Of a stretch of 64,000 bases of DNA, positions 1-10,890 are shown piece after piece (the first letter of the stretch is position 1; each line of letters begins with the position of its first letter). Both the position numbers and the translations under genes were made by a program. Origin of the DNA: Alphaproteobacteria bacterium (GTDB lineage Bacteria; Pseudomonadota; Alphaproteobacteria; Rickettsiales; SXRF01). The notes under the pieces were generated by a model. The model worked only from the letters and a program-made list of their open reading frames with translations. It searched no databases and was not told the origin of the DNA. The stretch spans positions 9,230 to 73,229 of the forward strand of contig JANRJW010000005.1 of the NCBI GenBank assembly GCA_033763775.1. Direction: 5' to 3'.

Positions 1-273
1 CTCGCCTATGAGGGGCACAAAACCAATGAGATCGTCAAAGTCCTCACGCTCATTTCGGCGATTTTCATTCCGCTGACATTTGTGGCCGGGGTGTATGGCA
101 TGAACTTTGACAATATCCCCGAGCTTCATTCCCCTTACGGCTATCCTGCAGTGATGGGCGCGATGTTTGCTATGGCGACCGGCATGGTGATTTTCTTTAA
201 GCGCCGCGGCTGGCTGGATAGCTTCTTCCCACCCAAAGCGCCGCCCGGCTCAGAGTATAAGCAGCAGGGCTAG
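1..273 (+). CDS. corA: Magnesium/cobalt transporter CorA, C-terminal part (5' end outside window)
   Basis: Frame 1 is open from base 1. The translation IFIPLTFVAGVYGMNFDNIPEL carries the CorA YGMNF signature, followed by a final TM helix (VMGAMFAMATGMVIFF). Confidence 0.85.
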   Translation, partial: LAYEGHKTNEIVKVLTLISAIFIPLTFVAGVYGMNFDNIPELHSPYGYPAVMGAMFAMATGMVIFFKRRGWLDSFFPPKAPPGSEYKQQG

Positions 274-283
274 AGCCGCACGA

Positions 284-578
284 AAAAATGTTTCACGTGA
301 AACAATGGCAGAAAATAAGCCTCATTATCCTATGCTAAGGCTCTGGGGCATAGTCCGAACCTTTTTCCTGAAAGGGAAAAGTAGACGTAATATTAATTTG
401 TTTCGCCAGTATTATAACGTCATCCCCGCGAAAACGGGGAGCCAGCGGCAAGCGCCTGCGAGCCAAAAGCTTTTTTCGCCGTTAATCGGGGCTTTGACTG
501 GATCCCCGCTTTCGCTGGGATGACATTACTTGCTTGATAGAGAATTGTTATAAAAATTATTTCACGTGAAACATTTTT
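284..578. repeat. 295-bp unit bounded by perfect 19-bp inverted repeats with a TTTCACGTGAAA palindromic core
   Basis: AAAAATGTTTCACGTGAAA at 284-302 is the exact reverse complement of 560-578. No credible CDS lies between them, and another palindromic repeat (419-524) is nested inside. Confidence 0.5.
419..524. repeat. 106-bp palindromic intergenic element with GTCATCCC termini
   Basis: GTCATCCCCGCGAAAACGGGGAGCC (419-443) is an imperfect inverted repeat of GGATCCCCGCTTTCGCTGGGATGAC (500-524). Each arm is itself a hairpin. Confidence 0.6.
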
Positions 579-614
579 GCCCTCTGCCTCTGAGAGGGGG
601 GTAGGGTGAGGGCG
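579..614. repeat. Partial copy of the GGGTGAGGG palindromic element family
   Basis: GCCCTCTGCCTCTGAGAGGGGGGTAGGGTGAGGGC shares the CCCTCTGCC / GAGGGG / TAGGGTGAGGG words with the copies at 20987-21048 and 48176-48239. Confidence 0.4.
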
Positions 615-637
615 CTTCGTTTTAGAACCGGGTGTTG

Positions 638-1282
638 TTATTCCCCGCGATAGACACCGCGTTCTAGATCGGGATCGGGCGTGCGGTCGGTCGGGCAGGC
701 GGCGGGGCGGGGACCATCCGGCGCGGCTTTCAGGCGCTGCGCGCATTCCAGATCACAGGCTTTGGCGCGAGTGGCCGCGATGGTGGAGTGCTTCGCCGCA
801 TGGCGCGCAAAATTACATTCGCTATGGCGGGAAAGCGCTGTTTTATTGTCGCTGCGTTCGACGATGGCGGCTTTGGGCGCGGCTTGTGCAGCAGCTGCGG
901 CGCCGGCGGCTTGCGCAGCAGCAGAGGCACTGGCAGAGGCCGGCTGAGCAGCCAGCCCCATGGCGGCAGGCGGCGCGGCGGCGGCCGTTGCCATGGGCGG
1001 CGGCGGCGCCGGATTGGTGATGTTATAGCCGTTATTGGCCATGCACTCGTTAAACAGGCTGATGAGCGCGGTCTTTTTATCACGCGTGGTGGCGGGGCCT
1101 TTCACCGTGCCGCGAATCTGCATGTCCTGCTTCAGCTCGGCATAATCGCGGCATTTATCGCGCTGCTCGATATAGTCGTGCTGGGTGGAGGTCTGATCCA
1201 TACAGAACATCCAGCAGCGGAAGCGATAGCCTGACGACATCGCCAGCACCGCAATCAAAAAACCAGCTTTAAGCCATTTCAT
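638..1282 (-). CDS. Hypothetical secreted Ala-rich, Cys-containing protein
   Basis: 214-aa ORF with an N-terminal hydrophobic signal-like segment (MKWLKAGFLIAVLAMSSG), a long poly-Ala/Pro tract and several Cys. No recognisable family. Confidence 0.5.
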   Translation of the reverse strand: MKWLKAGFLIAVLAMSSGYRFRCWMFCMDQTSTQHDYIEQRDKCRDYAELKQDMQIRGTVKGPATTRDKKTALISLFNECMANNGYNITNPAPPPPMATAAAAPPAAMGLAAQPASASASAAAQAAGAAAAAQAAPKAAIVERSDNKTALSRHSECNFARHAAKHSTIAATRAKACDLECAQRLKAAPDGPRPAACPTDRTPDPDLERGVYRGE

Positions 1283-1426
1283 ACGCCCTTATCATAACGT
1301 TTTTTGCTTAAAACGCAGCAACTAATTGCAGCGAACCGAAACATTCGGTTGATTATTTCATTTAAATATACAATTAATAGTATAGTAATGAGACACCGTT
1401 CTAGATTTGCCTAAAAGGATACCAAC

Positions 1427-2848
1427 ATGCAATATTTACTGGTTATCTGCGCTGAGCATGAGTTTGCCGCAATGTCGGAGACGCTGGATCATCAGCTGCC
1501 TTTCCGGCTGATGCACGCGCGCAGCGCCGCGGCAGCGCATCGTTTGCTGAATGATATGGATATATCCGAAATTGCTGCGCTGCTGCTCGATGCGCGGAGT
1601 TCATCCTCCAAGGCACCGGAGGTGATTCGCGGTCTTCGCTCGCTTTATCCGGCCTTGCCGCTCGTGGCTTTCACCGGCTACGCACAGGATGACATGGCGT
1701 GTGAGCTGCTCGCCGCTGGCGCGAGCGATTTTATTGCGATGCCGGCCTCGCTGGCGCGCCTTCGCCATAGTTTGCGCATGGTGCTGCGTATCCGTCATAT
1801 GGCTGATTATATGGGCTGGCTGGAGCGCAAACTTTCCGGCAGCATGGATTTCAGCGACCTGATTGGGCGTGACCCTCAGATGCAGCGTGTGATTGAAACG
1901 GCGCGGCAGGCCGCCGCATCCAAAATCCCTATCTGGATTGAAGGCGCACCCGGCACCGAGATGGAGCTGCTCGCCCGCGCCATTCATGGCGATAGCGGCC
2001 GCGCCAGCAAGCCGATGGTGGTGGTGAACTGCCGGATGATTTCGGCGGATTATGCCGAGGCGGTGCTGTTTGGTGGCGCTAAAGGTGCTGACCACGCCAT
2101 GCTCGGCAAACTGCGCGAAGCCGAGGGCGGCACGCTGCTGCTGGAGGAGGTTGGCGATCTGCCGGCCACGGCGCAGAGCCAACTGCTTGGCTTTCTTGAA
2201 ACCGGCATGGTGTTGCCGCTGGGCGCCGAAACGGCGATGAAGCTGGATGTGCGGATTATCTGCGCGTCTACCCGAAGCGTACCTCATCAGCCTTTCGATA
2301 CTCGCCGAGCGCACCCGCTCACACAGCGCCTGCGCTCAGTGGTGCTTACCCTGCCGCCACTTGCCGAGCGGCGCGGCGATATTGCGCTGATAGCACAATA
2401 CTGGCTGGCGCATCACAGCGCTTCTGAAATGAAAGTGGTTCAATCCATAAGCGCTGATGCTATGGCATGGCTCAGCCGCCAGCCCTGGCCGGGCAACGTC
2501 CACCAGCTGTCGGATGTGATCTGGCGCGCCGTGTGCATGGCTTCTTCGGCGCAGCTGGAACTGGCTGATTTTGCCGCATTATTGCCGCCACTAGCCAGCA
2601 CACCCACACCGCCCAATATTGTGGATGCGGAAGGAAAAATCAGGACACTGCGCTCGATTCAGGAGGAAGCAATACGTTTTGCGCTGCATCATTCCGGTGG
2701 TTGCATGACCCGCGCCGCGAAATATCTAGGGATTGGCCGCTCAACCCTGTATCGCAAGCTTGAAGAGCATCAGATTTCGCGGGCAAACCAGACCACACGT
2801 CCGATGATGATGGTATCATCCGCATCGCGCTCAAACATCGAATATTGA
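1427..2848 (+). CDS. NtrC-family (bacterial enhancer-binding protein-like) regulator with degenerate receiver and AAA+ motifs and an intact Fis-type HTH
   Basis: Architecture is REC-like N-terminus, an AAA+ core (GAPGTEMELLARAIH, GGTLLLEEVGDL) and a C-terminal HTH (AAKYLGIGRSTLYRKLEE). The Walker A GK is replaced by EM, and GAFTGA is replaced by GADHAM. Confidence 0.7.
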   Translation: MQYLLVICAEHEFAAMSETLDHQLPFRLMHARSAAAAHRLLNDMDISEIAALLLDARSSSSKAPEVIRGLRSLYPALPLVAFTGYAQDDMACELLAAGASDFIAMPASLARLRHSLRMVLRIRHMADYMGWLERKLSGSMDFSDLIGRDPQMQRVIETARQAAASKIPIWIEGAPGTEMELLARAIHGDSGRASKPMVVVNCRMISADYAEAVLFGGAKGADHAMLGKLREAEGGTLLLEEVGDLPATAQSQLLGFLETGMVLPLGAETAMKLDVRIICASTRSVPHQPFDTRRAHPLTQRLRSVVLTLPPLAERRGDIALIAQYWLAHHSASEMKVVQSISADAMAWLSRQPWPGNVHQLSDVIWRAVCMASSAQLELADFAALLPPLASTPTPPNIVDAEGKIRTLRSIQEEAIRFALHHSGGCMTRAAKYLGIGRSTLYRKLEEHQISRANQTTRPMMMVSSASRSNIEY

Positions 2849-3456
2849 GAATTATCCGACATCAGCCGCAGGCGGCGCTCGCCGGGCAGAAGCTCCAGCC
2901 GCCGCGCGGTGAGCCCCAGCCCATCAAAGCAGATGAAAATACCCGGCGGTGAGGGCGTTTTCTGGGTGGTGTCCACCATCACCATATCGTTATGGCAAAG
3001 CGTGGGTTCCATATTATCGCCGCGAATGTACATCAGCCGTAAATCTGACACGCTGACACCGAGATGATCCTGAATCCAGCTGCGGCGGAAATAATAGGCC
3101 TCGGCCTCATGCTCGCGGGCGGTGACGCGGTTGCCATCCGCCGTAATATCAACCGTGATGCGTGGAATTGTCACATAATCCTGGCTGGCATGCTCTGGCA
3201 GGGCAGGTGTGGTAGTCAGATCACTGCCAGCAAGGGCAGCAAGGCTGATATTCAGGCAATGCGCCACGCGTGCCAGTTTGATGGTGGAGGGGTTGGTCGA
3301 TTTTCCACTGATCACATCATATAGAAAAGACGGTTTAACATCCGCCTTTTTCGCCAGATCACCCACACTCATGCCGCAGCGCTTCATTTCCTGCTTGAGG
3401 CGTTGGCCAAGCGGGTTGGAGGCGGCGGGGTAAAATTCTTTCTGCATTGCACTCAT
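2770..3456 (-). CDS. XRE-type HTH / S24 (LexA-CI-like) repressor with substituted catalytic dyad
   Basis: HTH segment GMSVGDLAKKADVKPSFLYDVISGKSTNPSTIKLARVAHCL plus a C-terminal S24 fold (RGDNMEPTL ... TARRLELLPG). Start is set at the internal Met (MSAMQKEF); the ORF is open to 3552. Confidence 0.7.
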   Translation of the reverse strand: MSAMQKEFYPAASNPLGQRLKQEMKRCGMSVGDLAKKADVKPSFLYDVISGKSTNPSTIKLARVAHCLNISLAALAGSDLTTTPALPEHASQDYVTIPRITVDITADGNRVTAREHEAEAYYFRRSWIQDHLGVSVSDLRLMYIRGDNMEPTLCHNDMVMVDTTQKTPSPPGIFICFDGLGLTARRLELLPGERRLRLMSDNSQYSMFERDADDTIIIGRVVWFAREI

Positions 3457-3660
3457 TCGCTCACTATAAACCCCTTTATCTTCTTTGCCTAAAGTTTTTT
3501 CTGGGGAGCGCTGGGGCGGTTTTAGCTGTTCCATTTCAAAACAAGACAGCAAAGAACCATCTGAGCTGACAGCAAATTTACTAAATCTTTATCTTTCTGG
3601 CGCAATAGTGGGAACGTGAATTTCTTGGCAAGTGCTGGGCAATGTAATGCTGGATAGAAT

Positions 3661-4320
3661 GTGATGATTGACGAACTACGCATGGCTGAACTGCTTTCGA
3701 CCCGCCTGTGTCACGATCTGACGGGGCCTATTGGCGCAGTCAATAATGGTGCGGAATTTCTCAGCGAAGAAGGTGCGGGCATGCAGGCGCAGGCCGTGGA
3801 GCTGATTACCAGCAGCGCCTTTTCCGCGGTGTCGCGGCTGCAGTTTTATCGCATGGCGTATGGCCACGTCAAAGATCAGGGTGAAGCGAATCTTTCCGAA
3901 AAACAGCGTATCGCCGCAGATTTTTTTACCGGCAGCAAAATCTCGCTCGACTGGCCGGACAGCCACACCGAGGCCGCAGATGTTTCAATCAGTGTGAAAA
4001 TGTCGCGGCTGATTTTCAATCTGCTCATTGTGGCATCTTCCACACTCATTCGCGGCGGCAAGCTGATGGTACGCATCCGTCAGGATGAAGCAGGCCAGCG
4101 CCATGTTTCAGTGCAGGCCAGCGGCGCCGGCCTGAAATGGGAACCCGAAATGGAGCATATGCTGAGCGGCGCGGTTGAAACCTCGCAGCTGTCACCGAAA
4201 AACGTGCAGGTGTATCTCACCCGCCGCTTCGCAGAAGATCTTCGCAGCCGTGTGGAATATCGCATCGGTGCGGATGAAATGGAATTACTCGTCGTTCAAC
4301 CCAGAGCCCAGCAGGGCTGA
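3661..4320 (+). CDS. chpT: ChpT-family histidine phosphotransferase (HPt, PF10090-like)
   Basis: The motif LSTRLCHDLTGPIGAVNNGAEFL matches the ChpT phospho-His region (Caulobacter ARLCHDFISPASAIVSGLDLL). Downstream similarity continues (SSA...LQFxRxAxG, LDW). Size is about 219 aa. Confidence 0.7.
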   Translation: MMIDELRMAELLSTRLCHDLTGPIGAVNNGAEFLSEEGAGMQAQAVELITSSAFSAVSRLQFYRMAYGHVKDQGEANLSEKQRIAADFFTGSKISLDWPDSHTEAADVSISVKMSRLIFNLLIVASSTLIRGGKLMVRIRQDEAGQRHVSVQASGAGLKWEPEMEHMLSGAVETSQLSPKNVQVYLTRRFAEDLRSRVEYRIGADEMELLVVQPRAQQG

Positions 4321-4341
4321 TGGCACGCAGGAGGCAGGCAT

Positions 4342-7118
<2,777 letters not shown>

Positions 7119-7122
<4 letters not shown>

Positions 7123-7604
7123 GCACTCAAACCCAACAAGACAGCACTATTTCCCCAAGCGCCATGGCGATGGCCGACAGCCAGATGTTTGTGACCATGC
7201 GCATTGATCGCCAGCTGATTGGCATTCCTGTGCGCTTTGTACGCGATGTGCTGCGTGGCCAGAAAGTAACACCTATTCCGCTCTCGCCGCCCGAGGTGTC
7301 CGGCTCGCTGAACCTGCGCGGCCGCATTGTGACCGTGATTGATGTGCGCCGCCGCCTGCGTCTGCCGGAAATGAGCGCTGACGCAAAATATATGTTCGTG
7401 GTGGTGGATCATAAGGGTGAGCTTTACAGCCTGATGGTTGATCATGTGGGCGATGTGCTCACCGCGCCCAGCGCCGCGATTGAAAAAGTGCCAGCCAATC
7501 TGGGCGGCGCATGGAGAGAAGTGGCAAGCGGCATTTACAAAATGTCGGATGAGCTACTGGTGATTATTGATGTTGAAACTTTGCTTAAATTAAGGATGCA
7601 CTGA
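7119..7604 (+). CDS. cheW: Chemotaxis coupling protein CheW
   Basis: 161 aa, with a CheW-like pattern (IGIPVRFVRDVL...LNLRGRIVTVIDVRRRL). ATGA overlap with the cheA stop. Confidence 0.88.
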
Positions 7605-7972
7605 TGACCAATTCCTGCCTGATCGTCGATGATTCAAAAGTGGTGCGCAAGCTTGAGCGCCGCATCATGGAAGAGCTCGGCTTTACCTGCGAAGAAGCCG
7701 AAGACGGCAAGCAGGCGGAGACCTATTGCACGCACACTAAGCCCAAGCTGATTCTGCTTGATTGGCATATGCCGGTGATGAATGGTCTTGAGTTTATCAA
7801 AGTGCTGCGCGCCATGCCGGATGGCAATCTCCCTAAGGTGATTTTCTGCACCACCGAAAGCGAAATGAACAATATCATGCAGGCGCTATCCAGTGGCGCG
7901 GATGAATATGTCATGAAGCCGTTCGATGCGGAAATCATTAAAGGGAAATTGCAGCAGATCGGCATGCTTTAG
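7604..7972 (+). CDS. cheY: Chemotaxis response regulator CheY
   Basis: 122-aa single REC domain (IVDDSKVVR, LLDWHMPVMNG, YVMKPF). 1-nt overlap with the cheW stop. Confidence 0.9.
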   Translation: MTNSCLIVDDSKVVRKLERRIMEELGFTCEEAEDGKQAETYCTHTKPKLILLDWHMPVMNGLEFIKVLRAMPDGNLPKVIFCTTESEMNNIMQALSSGADEYVMKPFDAEIIKGKLQQIGML

Positions 7973-7993
7973 AACCCATCCGCAGGTAGTATT

Positions 7994-9118
7994 GTGCCCA
8001 TTCGTGTTCTGATTGTTGATGATTCTGCGGTGATACGCGGCCTGATGAATAAGGCGCTCGCAGCGGATTCATCGATTATGGTGGTTGGTAGCGCCTCCAA
8101 CGGGCAGATGGCTATTTCGCTTGCGGCGGATCTGCGTCCGGATGTGATGGTGCTGGATATTGAAATGCCGGTGATGGACGGCATCACCGCCCTGCCTGAA
8201 ATTATTCGTGTCTCGCCCGCAACCAAAGTGATTATCGCCTCCACCCTTAGCCTGCGCAATGCAGAGATCAGCATGCGTGCGCTCTCGCTTGGCGCCACCG
8301 ATTACCTGCCCAAACCTACCGCAAGGCTGGGCGGCGAGGTGGACAATTTTTACCGCGACCTGATCGCCAAGGTGAAGGCACTGGCGCCATCGCCCTCGGG
8401 CACTGCAATTCAGTCTCAGACAGCAGCTACGCTGCAATTTGCTGCTACACCTGCTGTTGCATCGCCCGCGGCCGCTGCGCCCACACCGGCGCGCCCCGTT
8501 TCGATGGTGGTCAATAGTTCGCCGCTGCATGTGACTGGTGTCAAAGCGCTTGCGATTGCATCCTCAACCGGCGGCCCTCAGGCGCTAATGAAATTATTTG
8601 GCGACATCAAAGGCCGTCTGACGAATATTCCGATTTTTATCACGCAGCACATGCCGCCCACCTTTACCACCATTCTCGCTGGCCACATCACCAAAGCTGG
8701 CGGTCGCGAATGCAGGGAAGCACAGGAAGGCATGCAGGCCGTGCCCGGCGAGGCCTACATTGCTCCAGGCGATTATCATCTGATACCGGAAAAAACAGCA
8801 GCTGGGCAGGTGGTGCTGCACACCACGCAGGATGCGCCGGAAAATTTCTGCCGCCCGGCAGCCGATCCGATGCTGCGCGCACTAAGTAGCATTTATGGCC
8901 GCCAGCTGGTGATTGTGGTACTCACCGGCATGGGTTCGGATGGCGCCGAAGGCGCTAAAATTGCCGCAGCAAACGGCGCTAGCGTGATTGCGCAGGACGA
9001 AGCAAGCTGCGTGGTGTATGGTATGCCGCGTGCCGTTGCAGAAGCGGGCATTTGTCGCGCTGTGTTGCCGCTTGCGGATATCGGTGCTTATCTCACCCGT
9101 GAAATCGAAGGACGCTGA
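7994..9118 (+). CDS. cheB: Protein-glutamate methylesterase CheB
   Basis: REC domain (LIVDDSAVIRGL, VLDIEMPVMDG), Ala/Pro linker and a methylesterase domain (IASSTGGPQAL, FITQHMP, GMGSDGA). GTG start. Confidence 0.9.
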   Translation: MPIRVLIVDDSAVIRGLMNKALAADSSIMVVGSASNGQMAISLAADLRPDVMVLDIEMPVMDGITALPEIIRVSPATKVIIASTLSLRNAEISMRALSLGATDYLPKPTARLGGEVDNFYRDLIAKVKALAPSPSGTAIQSQTAATLQFAATPAVASPAAAAPTPARPVSMVVNSSPLHVTGVKALAIASSTGGPQALMKLFGDIKGRLTNIPIFITQHMPPTFTTILAGHITKAGGRECREAQEGMQAVPGEAYIAPGDYHLIPEKTAAGQVVLHTTQDAPENFCRPAADPMLRALSSIYGRQLVIVVLTGMGSDGAEGAKIAAANGASVIAQDEASCVVYGMPRAVAEAGICRAVLPLADIGAYLTREIEGR

Positions 9119-9120
9119 TC

Positions 9121-9933
9121 ATGCAACCTGCTGATTTCCAGTTTCTTTCCGACCTGCTTAAAAAACGCTCTGGTCTTGCGCTGACTGAGGATAAAGCCTA
9201 CCTCATTGAAAGCCGCCTGACGCCGATTGCGCGCGCGCAGGGGCTCGCTGATGTCACTCAGCTTTGTGGCCATATCCGCGCCGGTACCAAGGAAGAGCTT
9301 CTGGTGGAAATTACTGAGGCGATGACGACCAACGAATCGTCGTTCTTCCGCGATATCAAACCCTACGAATCACTGCGCAAGCAGGTATTTCCGATGATGA
9401 TGCAGGCAAGCGGCGCAGCTCGTCGCATGCGCATCTGGTCGGCGGCTTGCTCCACGGGGCAGGAACCTTACACCATCGCTATCTGCATCGAAGAAGATAA
9501 AGCGAAAATGCCCGGCTGGAGCTTCGAGATTATCGGCACCGACCTTGCAAAAAAAGTCGTCGACAAGGCAAAGCAGGGCATTTATTCGCAATTTGAAGCG
9601 CAGCGCGGCCTGCCCATTCAGATGCTGGTGAAATACTTCACCTCACTGCCCGATACCACCTGGCAGCTGAAGGATATGATTCGTTCGCAGGTGCAGTTTA
9701 AAACGCATAACTTGCTTGAGGATTACACCGCGCTTGGCAAGTTCGATATTGTTTTCCTGCGCAATGTGCTCATTTATTTTGATGACGCTACCAAAGCTGG
9801 CATCACCGATAAAATGGCGCGTACGCTGCAACCGCATGGCATTCTGATCATTGGTTCAACGGAAAGTCTGGTGGATCCCAAGGGGCTCTTTAAACCGCTG
9901 GATGATTTCCGCGGCGCATATCAGCTTAAATAG
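9121..9933 (+). CDS. cheR: Chemotaxis protein methyltransferase CheR
   Basis: 270 aa. CheR N-terminal helix bundle plus a SAM-binding domain (TTNESSFFRD, RIWSAACSTGQEPY, FLRNVLIYFD). Confidence 0.9.
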   Translation: MQPADFQFLSDLLKKRSGLALTEDKAYLIESRLTPIARAQGLADVTQLCGHIRAGTKEELLVEITEAMTTNESSFFRDIKPYESLRKQVFPMMMQASGAARRMRIWSAACSTGQEPYTIAICIEEDKAKMPGWSFEIIGTDLAKKVVDKAKQGIYSQFEAQRGLPIQMLVKYFTSLPDTTWQLKDMIRSQVQFKTHNLLEDYTALGKFDIVFLRNVLIYFDDATKAGITDKMARTLQPHGILIIGSTESLVDPKGLFKPLDDFRGAYQLK

Positions 9934-9999
9934 GCATTGGGGATTAGGCACTGGGGATTAGGTATAATGCCCTAATCCCTGATGCCTAATGCCTTTTTA
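9932..9999 (+). terminator. Rho-independent terminator between convergent cheR and ctrA
   Basis: Long GC-rich hairpin. The left arm holds two tandem GGCAYTGGGGATTAGG words (9932-9962) and the right arm is CCTAATCCCTGATGCCTAATGCC (9971-9993), followed by TTTTT (9994-9998). Confidence 0.7.
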
Positions 10000-10000
10000 A

Positions 10001-10720
10001 TCATGCCACTTCGCCCGCAACTTCGCGGCTGTCGGCGCTTTCGGCTTCCGGATCCTTCAGCACATAGCCGCGACCCCAGACTGTTTCGATATAATTATCG
10101 CCGCCGGCAGCGGTCGCCAGCTTTTTGCGAAGCTTGCACACGAACACGTCAATGATTTTCAGCTCTGGCTCGTCAATGCCGCCATAAAGATGGTTAAGGA
10201 ACATCTCTTTGGTAAGCGTGGTGCCTTTGCGAAGCGACAGCAGCTCAAGGATGGAGTATTCCTTGCTGGTCAGGTGCAGCGGCTTGCCATCCACCTCAAT
10301 CGAGCGTGTGTCAAGGTTAACAGCCAGTTTCCCAGTGCGAATGATTGATTCGCTGTGGCCTTTACTGCGGCGGACAATCGCCTGAATGCGGGCAATCAGC
10401 TCACCTTTGTTAAAGGGTTTGGTGAGGTAGTCATCCGCGCCGTAACCCAGACCTTTAATCTTCTGGTCAGGGCCGGAAAGGCCAGAGAGAATAAGAATCG
10501 GTGTGGTCACGCGGGCGGCGCGGAAACGGCGCAGAACCTCATAGCCATCAATATCAGGCAGCATCAGATCAAGAATAATGATGTCGTAATCGTAAAGTTT
10601 ACCAATTTCGAGCCCTTCTTCACCGAGCTGGGTGGTATCGCAGATGATGCCCTCAGACGCCAGCGACAGTTCAATGGCTTTAGCGGTGGACGAATCATCT
10701 TCAACTAATAGAACGCGCAT
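10001..10720 (-). CDS. ctrA: Cell-cycle / motility response regulator CtrA (OmpR family)
   Basis: MRVLLVEDD...[20 protein letters not shown]...DDYLTKPF...[51 protein letters not shown]...[11 protein letters not shown] is the highly conserved CtrA sequence. Confidence 0.93.
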   Translation of the reverse strand: MRVLLVEDDSSTAKAIELSLASEGIICDTTQLGEEGLEIGKLYDYDIIILDLMLPDIDGYEVLRRFRAARVTTPILILSGLSGPDQKIKGLGYGADDYLTKPFNKGELIARIQAIVRRSKGHSESIIRTGKLAVNLDTRSIEVDGKPLHLTSKEYSILELLSLRKGTTLTKEMFLNHLYGGIDEPELKIIDVFVCKLRKKLATAAGGDNYIETVWGRGYVLKDPEAESADSREVAGEVA

Positions 10721-10732
10721 GCGGCTCTCCCC

Positions 10733-10797
10733 TTAAGTTTTTATTAATTTAGCAGGCTTGCTGGATGCAAACCATTAACAGATTAAAGATTAGTTAA
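10733..10797 (-). promoter_or_regulatory. Two TTAA-N7-TTAA (CtrA-box-like) motifs upstream of ctrA
   Basis: TTAAgtttttaTTAA at 10733-10747 and TTAAagattagTTAA at 10783-10797, plus a TTAAC half-site at 10775-10779, in the AT-rich ctrA/fliI divergent spacer. Confidence 0.35.
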
Positions 10798-10890
10798 TCA
10801 CAAAAATTTCATTCAAACAATCTTTAAGTGCATTTTTTTTGAAAAATATCTATAGTTGCTGGTATCTTTGCAACAGTACCCCAATAGGTA

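Noticed and set aside
305-746. ORFs 305-523 (+) and 420-746 (-) in the corA-downstream spacer
   Set aside because: They are translations of palindromic repeat DNA (for example, the VIPAKAGIQ-type peptide from GTCATCCCCGCGAAAACGGGGA). They have no SD and they overlap each other.
2770-3552. Prophage hypothesis based on the CI/S24-like repressor
   Set aside because: There are no integrase, Cro/antirepressor, structural or lysis genes nearby. The neighbours are chromosomal regulatory and chemotaxis genes, and GC composition is native.
3626-3641. Sigma-54-like motif TGGCAAGTGCTGGGCA upstream of the chpT-like gene
   Set aside because: GG-N10-GC spacing is right, but the -12 element is GGGCA rather than TTGCA, and the motif ends only about 20 nt before the start codon, leaving almost no leader.
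9934-9999. Tandem 16-mers (GGCAYTGGGGATTAGG x2), considered as a protein-binding direct repeat
   Set aside because: They pair with the complementary words on the other arm and are followed by a T run, so a terminator hairpin explains them fully.
10860-10872. TGGTATCTTTGCA upstream of fliI, considered as a sigma-54 promoter
   Set aside because: The GG-to-GC spacing is 3 nt too short for a -24/-12 promoter.
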